NCBI GenBank assembly: GCA_017518295.1
Contig: JAFWVJ010000022.1
Location: 19,614-83,613 of the forward strand
Origin: Clostridia bacterium
GTDB taxonomy: Bacteria > Bacillota > Clostridia > TANB77 > UBA1234
Reading direction: 5' to 3'
Length of the DNA: 64,000 nt
The position numbers were made by a program, and so were the translations under genes. Positions 35,547-45,449 of this stretch are shown piece by piece. Every line of letters starts with the position of its first letter. Position 1 is the stretch's first letter. The notes under the pieces were generated by a model, which was not told the origin of the DNA, searched no databases, and worked only from the letters and a program-made list of their open reading frames with translations.

Positions 35547-36131
35547 ATGCCTGATATACCCAAACCATGTAAACAGGAAGTTGAAAAGTATCTTGAACAA
35601 TGGAAAAATAACGATAAATTTGTTGATTTAGACAAGTGCTTAAATCATATGTTTGAGAAATATCCAAATAATAATGATTTAAATGGCATTTTAATAAAAG
35701 TCACACTTTTAAACACTTTTTATGGAACGAATATTAAAGATGTATATACTGTTGCTAAACATATTTTAGAATGCAATATAGATGTGTCTTTGAATAAAGG
35801 TGACGAAGCTATAATAGACAAGATTGCAAATGTAACATTCGTGGATAAAAATAATAAACAAAAAACTATGCGTCTATATTCATTTGCAACAAAATATTGC
35901 AGTTTTCATAAACCGGATTTTTACCCAATGTACGATTCTTATTTAGAAAAATTACTTAGATATTTTAGAGATGAATATAAATTTGATAATTTTAAAACTG
36001 AAGATTTAAAGAATTATTCAAAGTATAAGCAAATATTGGAGAGATTTAAAAAGCATTATCAAATTAATAATTATAGTGTTAAGGAAATTGATGAGTATCT
36101 GTGGCAGTTGGGAAAAAAGGAGTTTGCATAA
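35547..36131 (+). CDS. Hypothetical protein
   Basis: RBS AAAGGGGGA; terminator follows. Confidence 0.55.
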   Translation: MPDIPKPCKQEVEKYLEQWKNNDKFVDLDKCLNHMFEKYPNNNDLNGILIKVTLLNTFYGTNIKDVYTVAKHILECNIDVSLNKGDEAIIDKIANVTFVDKNNKQKTMRLYSFATKYCSFHKPDFYPMYDSYLEKLLRYFRDEYKFDNFKTEDLKNYSKYKQILERFKKHYQINNYSVKEIDEYLWQLGKKEFA

Positions 36132-36137
36132 AAACAT

Positions 36138-36178
36138 GAAGATGAACAAAGTATATTATTCATCTTCTTTTTGTTTTG
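36138..36178 (+). terminator. Intrinsic terminator
   Basis: gaagatgaacaaagtatattattcatcttc plus T-run. Confidence 0.8.
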
Positions 36179-36269
36179 ATTTTTTGCCATAAATGGCATA
36201 TATACAAAAAAATATTGTGATTAACTCTTAAAATAAATATAATAAAAGTATAAAAAGGAGGAAATCGAT

Positions 36270-36836
36270 ATGGGGAAGAAAAAAGTATTAAATGTAAAAG
36301 TAGCTGAAAGTAAGACAAAAGAGATTATTAAAGATGGAGAAATAGAATCTAAAAAAATAGTAGGAGATAGTAAAAAACTTGGTGATTTAATTGATCAGTT
36401 TGAAATAATTAAAAAATCAAATTTTACTAAAGAGATCTTTAATTATATTGAATTAATGACATCAATTGTAAAAAGCTATTATAGAAAAGAGTATCGTAAA
36501 GTGCCTGTTGGAACAATAGTGTCTATTGTATCAGCATTGGCTTATGTAATAAATCCTTTTGACTTGATTCCTGATGTGATTCCTGGCATTGGACAATTAG
36601 ATGATGCATTGGTTGTAGCATTTTGCTTTAAAATGGTCCAATTAGATTTAGATAAATATGCACTGTGGTTAGAAGAAAATCCAAAATTAGATCCAAGAAA
36701 AAATAGTAAAAAAGAAACTAAAAAGAAATTAACCAAAACTTCTACAGCAAAGAAATCATCTGTAAAAAAAGCAAATGCAAAGAAAGATACAGCGAAGAAA
36801 ACTGCTTCGAAGAAGCAAACTGAAAAGAAGAAATAA
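36270..36836 (+). CDS. DUF1232/YkvA-family membrane protein with Lys-rich histone-H1-like tail
   Basis: LIPDVIPGIGQLDDALVVAFC family signature; KKxxAKK repeats at C-terminus. Confidence 0.7.
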   Translation: MGKKKVLNVKVAESKTKEIIKDGEIESKKIVGDSKKLGDLIDQFEIIKKSNFTKEIFNYIELMTSIVKSYYRKEYRKVPVGTIVSIVSALAYVINPFDLIPDVIPGIGQLDDALVVAFCFKMVQLDLDKYALWLEENPKLDPRKNSKKETKKKLTKTSTAKKSSVKKANAKKDTAKKTASKKQTEKKK

Positions 36837-36885
36837 AATAAGTATAAAGCAGTAAGCATAAGTGCTTAATGAAGGGATATTATCA

Positions 36886-36922
36886 TAGTTCCCGCGGCAA
36901 AAGTCGAAGGGAACTATTTTTT
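36886..36922 (+). terminator. Intrinsic terminator
   Basis: tagttcccgcggcaaaagtcgaagggaacta plus TTTTTT. Confidence 0.8.
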
Positions 36923-36930
36923 ATGCCATT

Positions 36931-36963
36931 GACATATTATTACCTACTATGTTATAATATGTA
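36931..36963 (+). promoter_or_regulatory. Sigma-A-type promoter for the HigB-like / HTH-ImmA pair
   Basis: TTGACA-18 bp-TATAAT. Confidence 0.7.
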
Positions 36964-36988
36964 AAAGCAATTCAAAAGAGGTAATAAA

Positions 36989-37315
36989 TTGGAAATACGC
37001 AAGTCAAAAAACTATTTGAAGGATTATCAAAAGAAACTGGTAAGACTTCATAAAAACAAAGAAATACAGACTATAGAAAGTATAGAAACATTAATCATAA
37101 ATTCTATCAACTTAAAAGAACTATTACAAAATCCACTCCATATAGTTTATGGGATAGAACAAAAGCATGGTGATTTAAAAGAAATTTTTACAGCAAAAAT
37201 TAATAATAAATTAAGACTTCGAATGCGACCGGTAGGAGAATATCCATATAATTTGGTTGAAATCGAAGCAATAGAATTTTGCGAAATAGATGATAAGCAC
37301 TATGGAGAAGGTTAG
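36989..37315 (+). CDS. Putative HigB-like (RelE/ParE superfamily) toxin
   Basis: TTG start behind a perfect TTGACA-18-TATAAT promoter; C-terminal ...LVEIEAIEFCEIDDKHY resembles the HigB DYH end; next gene is an HTH-XRE protein. Confidence 0.4.
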   Translation: MEIRKSKNYLKDYQKKLVRLHKNKEIQTIESIETLIINSINLKELLQNPLHIVYGIEQKHGDLKEIFTAKINNKLRLRMRPVGEYPYNLVEIEAIEFCEIDDKHYGEG

Positions 37316-37326
37316 GAGGAAGTAGT

Positions 37327-38358
37327 ATGGTTGGTTTTGGAAGTTTCTTAAAAGATTATTTAGAATTTCATAATATTTCACAATCAGAGTTTGCTATTCG
37401 ACTTGGAATTACTCAAAAGCACATGAATGAAATTGCAAATGGCAAAGTTCCTATTACAGCTGAATTAGCAGCAAACATTAGTCGTTTAACTGGTATAGAT
37501 GCAAGCTTTATTATCAATGTTGAAAATGACAAAAAGCTAAAAGAAACTATAATAAATGACTTAGGCACAGAAAAAGCAGTAGATAAAATGCTTAAAGAAA
37601 ATTTTTCTTTAAAAGAACTTAAAGAAAGAGAATGGGTGAAGTTTTTAGATATTACTTCGCCACTTCAAAACTATTTAGATATTCTAAAGTTTTTAAAAAT
37701 AAAGGACTTGTCTATAATTCCATCTTTAGAAAAACAAGTATTATTTAAGAAGGATGGAGAAGACTTTAACAAGCTTGCATTATGGATTGCGCATTGTGAT
37801 GAAATTTGTGCAGATCAAAAAGTTAATGAATATAACAAATTAAATCTTGCATTTTTAGTAGAGGACTTAAATAAACTTGCTTATAAAGGAATTCATGATA
37901 TAAATGAAATACAAGATATTCTTAACAAATATGGATTTTATTTTGTATGTGATAAAGCACTAAAAGGAACAAAAGTAAGAGGTTGCTTTAAAGTAAGAGG
38001 ATTAACACCTACAATTTATAATACAGCAAATTATGCTGGACTAGATTCTCTATATTTTGAGATATTACATGAAATAGGACATTGCAAATCTGATTATAAC
38101 GAAGCAAAGAATAAAACTATAATAGAATCAACAGAAGAAAAGGAAAAAAGAGCAGATAGCTTTGCAATTAACAATATGATAGGTGAAGAAAAATGGATGT
38201 TAATTTTAGACTCTGATTTAACAGAAAAATCACTTTTAGATATTTCTAAAAAGTATAAAATACCTATGTGCTATATTGTTGGAAGATTAGCTAAATTTAA
38301 GAAAATTCCTTATAATAGTACTTTATATAATAAATATGACGTAATAAAAAGCGCATAG
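37327..38358 (+). CDS. HTH-XRE DNA-binding domain fused to ImmA/IrrE-family zinc metallopeptidase
   Basis: N-terminal HTH (QSEFAIRLGITQKHMNEIANG); HEIGH zinc-binding motif (ILHEIGHC). Confidence 0.85.
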   Translation: MVGFGSFLKDYLEFHNISQSEFAIRLGITQKHMNEIANGKVPITAELAANISRLTGIDASFIINVENDKKLKETIINDLGTEKAVDKMLKENFSLKELKEREWVKFLDITSPLQNYLDILKFLKIKDLSIIPSLEKQVLFKKDGEDFNKLALWIAHCDEICADQKVNEYNKLNLAFLVEDLNKLAYKGIHDINEIQDILNKYGFYFVCDKALKGTKVRGCFKVRGLTPTIYNTANYAGLDSLYFEILHEIGHCKSDYNEAKNKTIIESTEEKEKRADSFAINNMIGEEKWMLILDSDLTEKSLLDISKKYKIPMCYIVGRLAKFKKIPYNSTLYNKYDVIKSA

Positions 38359-38453
38359 AAGTAATTTGCAAGGCAATTTAATAGTAGTATTAGTTGAAGC
38401 AAATCACTTGAAGTATGGGTGGTTTGCTTTTTTGAGTAAGGAGGTATGATTAA

Positions 38454-38834
38454 ATGTATAAAATTGTTCGTATAATAGGAATAATCATTAGAAGTCAATT
38501 TTTAGCAAATGCTTTTGAATTTTATTTTGGCAAAGATGGGATGGGCTTGCTGTATGCATATATTATAAATGCTACAATTGGAGAAGCATTACTTTATATG
38601 ACTTCATTTAGTTTGGTAGGAACCTTTTATGAGAAGAATTCATTTCCTACAGTAGGAAGCTTATCATATACGGCATTTTATATATTAAATAATTGTATAT
38701 TAATTGCTTCATGTCTATTATGCAGATATTTCAACTTGCATATAGCAATTTCTATTGTTATATATACAATAATAGAAATGATATTGTATTACTTGTTTTT
38801 TAAAATTAATAACAAATCATATTTTACAAATTAA
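38454..38834 (+). CDS. Small integral membrane protein
   Basis: RBS AAGGAGG; 3-4 TM. Confidence 0.55.
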   Translation: MYKIVRIIGIIIRSQFLANAFEFYFGKDGMGLLYAYIINATIGEALLYMTSFSLVGTFYEKNSFPTVGSLSYTAFYILNNCILIASCLLCRYFNLHIAISIVIYTIIEMILYYLFFKINNKSYFTN

Positions 38835-38846
38835 TGAGGTGATTAC

Positions 38847-39614
38847 ATGGGTAGACCAATTGGAAAATGTCACATTTGTGGAAAAGAATGTGAATTAACA
38901 TATGAACATATTCCACCAAAGAAAGCATATAACCATAAACCTACAAAAATGTATATAGGAAAAGAGTACTTTAAAGATCTTGAAAAAAGAGATATCAAAG
39001 ATACAAGTAAGTTGAGATATACAGATTTTCAAAAAGGAGTAGGTGATTATACTTTATGTGAAAGGTGCAACAGTACTACTGGTAAATGGTATGCAGGAGA
39101 ATATATTAAGATATCTAATGCCATTTATGATTATTTAGGTCATCATCTAGAAGAATTAAAAGATGCTAAATCGGTTGAATTAGATTTTAAAGATGTATAT
39201 CCCTTAAAATTCTTTAAACAAATAATTGCTATGTTTTTGTCTATAATACCAAATGAATATTTGGAAAACCATAAAGAATTAAGGAAATATGTATTAGATA
39301 GAGACAGTGTTGAATTTTCTAACAAAAAATATAGAATAAGTTTGGGACTTTTGAAACAAGATTTTGAAGGATGGTCTGGAATTAATCATTTATTAATGTG
39401 TAATGGAAAAATAAAACTAATATCATTTCTTGTTGTGGCTCCATTTTATTTTGTGTTGGAATTTAATCCGGAAGAAATTGTTTTTGATAATTTGCTTGAT
39501 ATAACTAGTATCGGACACCAATATAACTATAATGATAGGATAGCTTTAAATATAAAGTCAAATCTATTTTTAGAAAGTGAAGTTTTTCCGATAAACTTGT
39601 TTTATCATAAATGA
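38847..39614 (+). CDS. HNH-endonuclease-domain protein
   Basis: CHICGKEC...EHIPPKKAYN...CERCN matches the HNH CxxC...H-N...CxxC architecture. Confidence 0.5.
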   Translation: MGRPIGKCHICGKECELTYEHIPPKKAYNHKPTKMYIGKEYFKDLEKRDIKDTSKLRYTDFQKGVGDYTLCERCNSTTGKWYAGEYIKISNAIYDYLGHHLEELKDAKSVELDFKDVYPLKFFKQIIAMFLSIIPNEYLENHKELRKYVLDRDSVEFSNKKYRISLGLLKQDFEGWSGINHLLMCNGKIKLISFLVVAPFYFVLEFNPEEIVFDNLLDITSIGHQYNYNDRIALNIKSNLFLESEVFPINLFYHK

Positions 39615-39764
39615 AATATGCATTTTTAAGCTCTAAATAATGATCGAAAATGTAAAAACCGTAGTTGACAATAATTGAAAATGCATTTTCGAGTATTATG
39701 ATATCATATGAAAACGTAAGCCAGTAATACCAATACTTTTATCAAAAATATTTTTTCAAAAATG

Positions 39765-39793
39765 TTGACATAATTGTTGCTACACAATATAAT
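39765..39793 (+). promoter_or_regulatory. Sigma-A-type promoter for the HEPN (pseudo)gene
   Basis: TTGACA-17 bp-TATAAT (perfect consensus). Confidence 0.7.
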
Positions 39794-39828
39794 AACTATA
39801 CAATAATTCAAAGGAGAAAATGAACATT

Positions 39829-40369
39829 ATGTATGAACTTAATTCTGATAATATAATGAATAAATTTGGTGATGACATTCGAAAAATGATAGGTGACTTT
39901 TCTATATTGTGGAATCTGTATGAAAAAAGTCTTTTTAAGGATGCAGAGGAAAAATATAGAATAATAAATAATAAGAGAAAAAAATGATAAGATTTTTCAA
40001 GAGAACATACATGATGGTATTATAAAAATAAAAAGTGAAAGCAGTTTTTTTCAAAATAACGAAAATGAAATAGACAAATGCTTTTTAAATTTAAATTCTT
40101 TTCTTCGAAACTATTATCATAATGATTCATATAAATATAGTGCCCAAGGTATAATTGATTTTTTTAGGGTAAATGATAATGAAAATGCAAAAAAAGAAGT
40201 TGAAAACTTGTTTGATAATCCTGTTGAGCAATGGGGGTCAAAAGAGAAGTTTCATTTATTATTAATTGTTATTTATAGGGTTAGAAACAATATGTTTCAT
40301 GGAGAAAAAGATGTTATAAAGTTAAAAGATCAAAAGAGCTTTTTTGCATATGTAATAGCATGCTTCTAA
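39829..40369 (+). pseudogene. HEPN-domain (Abi/RiboL-PSP-like) gene interrupted by a frameshift in an A7 homopolymer (39978-39984)
   Basis: Perfect promoter TTGACA-17-TATAAT; N-terminal 52-aa ORF stops at 39985; the +1 frame continues to 40369 and encodes the HEPN Rx4-6H motif (YRVRNNMFHG). Deleting one A restores a single ORF. Confidence 0.55.
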
Positions 40370-40477
40370 TGATTATTGATAATATAGATATAAAGTTGCA
40401 AAACTTATTGTAGAACAAAAATCCTTTCTTTTATCAAATTAGTGTGAATTTCTTAATAGAAAGGAGAAATTAAAATG

Positions 40478-40501
40478 AATAAAAGAATAAAAGAATAAAA
40501 G
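40478..40501 (+). repeat. Tandem 8-bp repeat (AATAAAAG)x3 between a strong RBS/ATG and the GGCT-like ORF
   Basis: Three perfect units; the unit is not a multiple of 3, so copy number sets the reading frame. Confidence 0.85.
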
Positions 40502-40545
40502 AATTATTCAGAGGTGCCAATGTAATCATAGATTACCCTGGCCAA

Positions 40546-41193
40546 TTGTACACAAATGATGAAGCAGATATTTGCGTAGAAACAAAATACGCACAAGAAT
40601 TAAGCATCATTTATTTCCAATTAAGAGATTACTTTGTTAAAGAAATCGATTATTTGAACAAATATGATTTCTATGGCAGCTTGGCTGAAAACTACAATAG
40701 GCTAATAAAAAAGAATGGAGATATTAAAGAAAATCTTCAAACATTTTTATTAACTATAAAAACAGCCTTATACTTTGCTTATGGATTAAACATGGATAAG
40801 GAACAAATGAAAGAAAGATGCCCTGGAGCTATTCCTGTTGGTATAGCAACATTGGACAATTACAAATTTGTTTTAGACTCTGCAGGAACAGCTAGTGTTG
40901 TTCCTGAAAAAGGTTCAAAAGTTGAAGGATTACTTTGGCTAATTAATACAGATGGGGAAAAGGCACTAGATAGATATGAAGGCACAAATTTGACAACTCC
41001 ATGCTATATTAAGAAACACTTAGAAATCGAATTCAACAATGAAAAATCTAAGGCTTTAGTCTATGTTTCGAATAGAGACATTATAGACAAGCCTATTAGA
41101 AAAGACTACATCAATAGAGTAGTCCAAGCAGCAAAAGATGTTAGACTTTCATCAAAGTATATCAAGGATAATCTTGATAAATATACAAATTAA
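40546..41193 (+). CDS. Gamma-glutamyl cyclotransferase (GGCT/AIG2)-like protein with N-terminal extension
   Basis: YFAYGLNMD...E GGCT motif; the in-window frame has only a TTG start with no RBS. An upstream ATG with a strong RBS is out of frame because of a 3-unit 8-bp repeat (see findings). Confidence 0.7.
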   Translation: MYTNDEADICVETKYAQELSIIYFQLRDYFVKEIDYLNKYDFYGSLAENYNRLIKKNGDIKENLQTFLLTIKTALYFAYGLNMDKEQMKERCPGAIPVGIATLDNYKFVLDSAGTASVVPEKGSKVEGLLWLINTDGEKALDRYEGTNLTTPCYIKKHLEIEFNNEKSKALVYVSNRDIIDKPIRKDYINRVVQAAKDVRLSSKYIKDNLDKYTN

Positions 41194-41196
41194 CTA

Positions 41197-41233
41197 AAAA
41201 TAGACCATTGTATAAGCAATGGTCTATTTTTAT
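41197..41233. terminator. Bidirectional intrinsic terminator
   Basis: atagaccattgtataagcaatggtctat flanked by A- and T-runs. Confidence 0.75.
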
Positions 41234-41520
41234 AAATCTATTATACTATAAACTTCAACATTATTCGCAGAAAATGCTTCAAAGTCAACTACTTTCATAT
41301 CAAAACCGCCTATATTTGGTGAAACTTCAAAAATGTTTTCTTTTGTCATAATACTACCAACATGATTTACGAAAACAGATGGTTCAATAGAGGCAATGAA
41401 TGCGATTGAATTTTTTTCGCTGCCATCATAGCCTCTTAAATCATTTATGAAAATTCCTTGATTTAAATATTTTTGTTTTTCTTCATTTATATATCTTTTA
41501 CTATCAATATAATAATTCAT
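41230..41520 (-). CDS. Hypothetical small protein
   Basis: RBS GTGAGG; bidirectional terminator shared with GGCT-like gene. Confidence 0.5.
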   Translation of the reverse strand: MNYYIDSKRYINEEKQKYLNQGIFINDLRGYDGSEKNSIAFIASIEPSVFVNHVGSIMTKENIFEVSPNIGGFDMKVVDFEAFSANNVEVYSIIDL

Positions 41521-41656
41521 AATAAAAACCTCACTTTTTGAAGATTATATAATAAAGTTTTTAGATCGTAAATATCTGTCTTATGGAAACTTAATTTTTC
41601 TTAGTATGTTCGCTAGATCTTTACAATTTGTTGTGCTAATCTAGTTGTGAAATAAA

Positions 41657-42577
41657 ATGAAGGAAGAAATAATTATGGAAACTATAGAAAAAGCAAGACC
41701 TTTTGTTAAGTGGGCTGGAGGTAAAGCAGGACTTATTCCTCAAATAACAAAGTACTATCCAGATGCTTTAAAATCAGGTCAAATAGAAAGATATATTGAA
41801 CCATTTCTTGGTGGGGGAGCAATTCTTTTAGATGTACTTCAAAAGTATGATGTAAAGGAAGCCTATGCTTATGATACAAATCAAGATTTGGTTAATGCAT
41901 ATAATGTGATAAAAACGGATGTAGATAATCTTATTAAGAAATTGCAAAAATATGAAAAAGAATATTTGCCATTGGATGAAGAAGAAAGAAAAGAGTACTA
42001 CTACGATTTAAGAGATGAATATAATTCTGCAGAAGTTAAGTCTGGAAAGCTATCATATAAAAGAGCAGCACAGTTTATATTCTTAAACAAAACATGCTTT
42101 AATGGTTTGTACAGAGTAAATGCAAGTGGTGATTTCAATGTGCCAATGGGTAATTATAAAAATCCGACAATTTGCGATACTGAAAACTTACTAAAGCTAT
42201 CTAGATTACTACAAAATGTTGAAATTATCTGTGGAGATTACCATGATACATTAGAGTTAGTTAATCCAAAAACTTTTGTGTATTTTGATCCACCTTATAG
42301 ACCATTACCGGATACTAATGGTTTTACTTCATACACAAAGGATGACTTCAATGACGAAGACCAAAAGAGGTTGGGAGAATTCTATAAGCAACTAAGTCAA
42401 AAAGATGCAAAATTGATGCTAAGTAATTCTAATCCAAAGAACACAAATGAAAGTGATACATTCTTTGATGACTTATACAAAGGCTTTTATATAAATGAAG
42501 TACAGGCGAATAGAGCAATTAATTCAGATGGCGCAAAGAGAGGCAAAATTTCTGAGCTACTGATAATTAATTATTAG
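41657..42577 (+). CDS. Dam-like N6-adenine DNA methyltransferase (DpnM-like, GATC)
   Basis: FVKWAGGK motif and DPPY catalytic motif (VYFDPPYRPL). Confidence 0.9.
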   Translation: MKEEIIMETIEKARPFVKWAGGKAGLIPQITKYYPDALKSGQIERYIEPFLGGGAILLDVLQKYDVKEAYAYDTNQDLVNAYNVIKTDVDNLIKKLQKYEKEYLPLDEEERKEYYYDLRDEYNSAEVKSGKLSYKRAAQFIFLNKTCFNGLYRVNASGDFNVPMGNYKNPTICDTENLLKLSRLLQNVEIICGDYHDTLELVNPKTFVYFDPPYRPLPDTNGFTSYTKDDFNDEDQKRLGEFYKQLSQKDAKLMLSNSNPKNTNESDTFFDDLYKGFYINEVQANRAINSDGAKRGKISELLIINY

Positions 42578-42585
42578 AGGTTACA

Positions 42586-43380
42586 ATGAAAGAAAAAACT
42601 TATTATTTTAATAAAAAAGATTTTAAGTTAATAAATAAAGATACATTAAAAGCTACTAAAAATATGAAGGATAAAACATTTGATATGATTTTTGCAGATC
42701 CTCCATATTTTTTGTCTAATAGTGGCATAACTTGTAGTGGCGGTAAGATGGTAAGTGTAAATAAAGGCGAGTGGGATAAAGCAAAGTCGCTTGAAGACAA
42801 GCATGAGTTCAACAGAGAGTGGATTAGAGAGTGTTATAGAATTTTAAAAGATGATGGAACGATTTGGATAAGTGGAACACTTCACAATATTTATTCTATT
42901 GGTATGGCACTTGAAGAAGAAGGTTTTAAAATCATTAATAATATTACATGGCAAAAAACAAACCCACCACCAAACTTAGCTTGCAAGACTTTTACACATT
43001 CAACAGAAACAGTATTGTGGGCTAGGAAAGATATTAAAGGAGCAAAATATAAATTTAACTATAAATTGATGAAAGAGCTAAATGGCAACAAGCAAATGAA
43101 AGATGTATGGACAACTTCTTTGACAAAACCATCAGAGAAGAAGTTTGGCAAGCATCCTACACAAAAACCATTAGAGTTGCTTGAAAAAATTGTACTAGCT
43201 TCAACTAATGAAAATGATTTGATATTAGATCCTTTTAGTGGAAGCGGTACTACTGGAATTGCAGCTGCAATGCATAATAGAAAATATATTGGAATTGATT
43301 TGGATAAAAGCTATTTAGATATTTCTATTAAGAGATATGAAAGCTTAAATGGAGGACTAGATGGAGAAAAGAAATTTTGA
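42586..43380 (+). CDS. Second N6-adenine DNA methyltransferase (DpnA-like, beta class)
   Basis: DPPY (IFADPPYF) near N-terminus; AdoMet motif DPFSGSGTTG at C-terminus. Confidence 0.85.
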   Translation: MKEKTYYFNKKDFKLINKDTLKATKNMKDKTFDMIFADPPYFLSNSGITCSGGKMVSVNKGEWDKAKSLEDKHEFNREWIRECYRILKDDGTIWISGTLHNIYSIGMALEEEGFKIINNITWQKTNPPPNLACKTFTHSTETVLWARKDIKGAKYKFNYKLMKELNGNKQMKDVWTTSLTKPSEKKFGKHPTQKPLELLEKIVLASTNENDLILDPFSGSGTTGIAAAMHNRKYIGIDLDKSYLDISIKRYESLNGGLDGEKKF

Positions 43381-44209
43381 TGAATGGATTGGTGGATTTA
43401 GAGAGAGCATTGCAAATTATAAATACTATGTTGATTTTGATGTTGTTTATGAAAATGTCGAAAAATTCAAGGTTGAATTGAATATTTTGAACAGCTTGAT
43501 AGGTTCGAAGAATATAGAAAAGGAGTTCTTGGATATTATTAAGCAATATCCTAATACTTTGAAATGTGTACCATTTTTATTGGCTGTTAGAAGATTGGAA
43601 ATTTTAGCTCAAGATGAAGACATGCAATACATTTATAAATTTGCTCAAATGAATTACGCTCCAGAACAATATGCTGTATTGATGAAAGAGACAGGATTAT
43701 TTGAATTGCTTGAAAACCATTTGGTAAGTAGTTTGATAGACTATGCGCTTGGCGTTGAAGTAGGATTAAACTCAAATGGAAGAAAAAATCGTGGTGGGCA
43801 TTTGATGGAAGATTTAGTCGAAAGCCACATAAAAAAAGCTGGATTTAAAGAGTATTATAAAGAGATGTACTTAAATGAGATTGAAGAAAAATGGGGACTC
43901 GATTTATCGAGTATTTCAGGAGATGGAACTTCAACAAAGAGATTTGATTTTGTTATAAAAACCGACAATATGGTTTATGGAATTGAGACTAATTTTTATG
44001 CTTCTGGTGGTTCTAAACTTAATGAAACAGCTAGAAGTTATAAGATGATAGCTGAAGAAGCCAAGAATATTAAAGAATTCAAATTTGTTTGGATTACTGA
44101 TGGAAGTGGCTGGGTGTCAGCTAGAAGAAACTTGAAAGAGACATTTGATGTGTTAGAAAATATATACTGCATAAAAGACTTAGAAGAGGGAGTACTTAAG
44201 AAATTATAA
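43361..44209 (+). CDS. DpnII-family type II restriction endonuclease (GATC)
   Basis: Size, position after two GATC-type methylases and family-like sequence; overlaps the methylase gene by 20 bp. Confidence 0.8.
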   Translation: MEKRNFDEWIGGFRESIANYKYYVDFDVVYENVEKFKVELNILNSLIGSKNIEKEFLDIIKQYPNTLKCVPFLLAVRRLEILAQDEDMQYIYKFAQMNYAPEQYAVLMKETGLFELLENHLVSSLIDYALGVEVGLNSNGRKNRGGHLMEDLVESHIKKAGFKEYYKEMYLNEIEEKWGLDLSSISGDGTSTKRFDFVIKTDNMVYGIETNFYASGGSKLNETARSYKMIAEEAKNIKEFKFVWITDGSGWVSARRNLKETFDVLENIYCIKDLEEGVLKKL

Positions 44210-44297
44210 TATAAAATACGAGAGCAAAGTATTTAGGTGAGTAGTTGGCGCATAGATGCTTTGCTTTTTTATATATAATAAAAAAGGAGGAGAGAGT

Positions 44298-45149
44298 TTG
44301 AAATTAAGTAAAGAAAAAGTGACAGATATTTTTCTTGAAATTAACGCAGTATTTGTCAATATGATTTTACAAGTAAAACCATCTATCACCGAGTTTATGG
44401 AGAAAGAACTGTTCGATGACTTTGTAGAATCATATAATAGAGCATTTAGAATGATCAGTAACAACAAGATGTTAGATGGAATGGTTATACTAAGAAACTC
44501 GTTTGAATTGATGCTAATGTTGTTTGGTGTTAGAATTGATTCAATAGTTAGAGAAGAGTATTGCAGGGAAGATAGCTATAAAAGATATTTGAAGAGAAAA
44601 GATAAAGATGATAAAGCTATAGATTATTTATCTCCAGCATATTTAAGAGATTTAATTCATAAAAAATATCCTAATATTGATGCAAATTATTCTCAACTAT
44701 ATGGAGCTTTATCAAAATATGCTCATCCGACATTTTATAGGAATATAATGAGATTTTATGAAAGAGAAAAAATAGATGTTATTGTAAGTAATTTGAACCT
44801 AGCCAATATGATTCCGACGTTGTTTTTGGAAGTTCTTTATGAACAGGGCTTAGTTTTAAAAGATAGATTTGATGACGTTTTGATGCTAAGATTTATAATA
44901 GATCGATTATCTACTTTGTATCTTGTTTATATGGACAAAAGTGATATATTAAAGGCAAATAAATACGTTTTTTCAGAGATAAATCAAGATTTTAATCGCA
45001 AACAGATTGAAAAGATGAAAAACGATTTTCTTAATACGGAAAAAATAGTAAAAGATTATAATCAAGAATTAAAAGAATCATTAAACAAATTACTATCTAA
45101 AGTAGAGTACTATAATTTAGCGAAAAAACTATCTGGCTTAGGGTTCTAG
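44298..45149 (+). CDS. Hypothetical protein adjacent to the restriction-modification system
   Basis: TTG 44298 with AAGGAGG RBS preferred over ORF-track ATG 44256. Confidence 0.5.
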   Translation: MKLSKEKVTDIFLEINAVFVNMILQVKPSITEFMEKELFDDFVESYNRAFRMISNNKMLDGMVILRNSFELMLMLFGVRIDSIVREEYCREDSYKRYLKRKDKDDKAIDYLSPAYLRDLIHKKYPNIDANYSQLYGALSKYAHPTFYRNIMRFYEREKIDVIVSNLNLANMIPTLFLEVLYEQGLVLKDRFDDVLMLRFIIDRLSTLYLVYMDKSDILKANKYVFSEINQDFNRKQIEKMKNDFLNTEKIVKDYNQELKESLNKLLSKVEYYNLAKKLSGLGF

Positions 45150-45262
45150 GAGGCTCGCAACCGCGCCGATGTTTTTCACTATGATATCCCTACCGCCATT
45201 CAAGATTTACCAAATGTTGCTGAAGATAACGAAGAATACCATACATAATAGGAGTGATTCTT

Positions 45263-45427
45263 ATGCCATTCTATATGATTGAAATTAATGAAAACCTTTC
45301 TAGAATTATAGATATTGAAGCGGAGGATGAAGAATCTACTTTGAAGATTGCTAGAGAGAAATATAAAAATGGAGAAATAGTTTTAGATAGTGATGACTAT
45401 GTTGATACAACGTTCACTGTTCAATAG
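45263..45427 (+). CDS. DpnD/PcfM-like small protein (54 aa), below the ORF-track size cutoff
   Basis: RBS AGGAG; ...IEAEDEESTLKIAREKY...DSDDYVDTTFTVQ fits the DpnD/PcfM family pattern; sits next to the DpnII-type system as in pneumococcal dpn cassettes. Confidence 0.4.
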   Translation: MPFYMIEINENLSRIIDIEAEDEESTLKIAREKYKNGEIVLDSDDYVDTTFTVQ

Positions 45428-45449
45428 AATAAGAGAGGATGTGATAATA

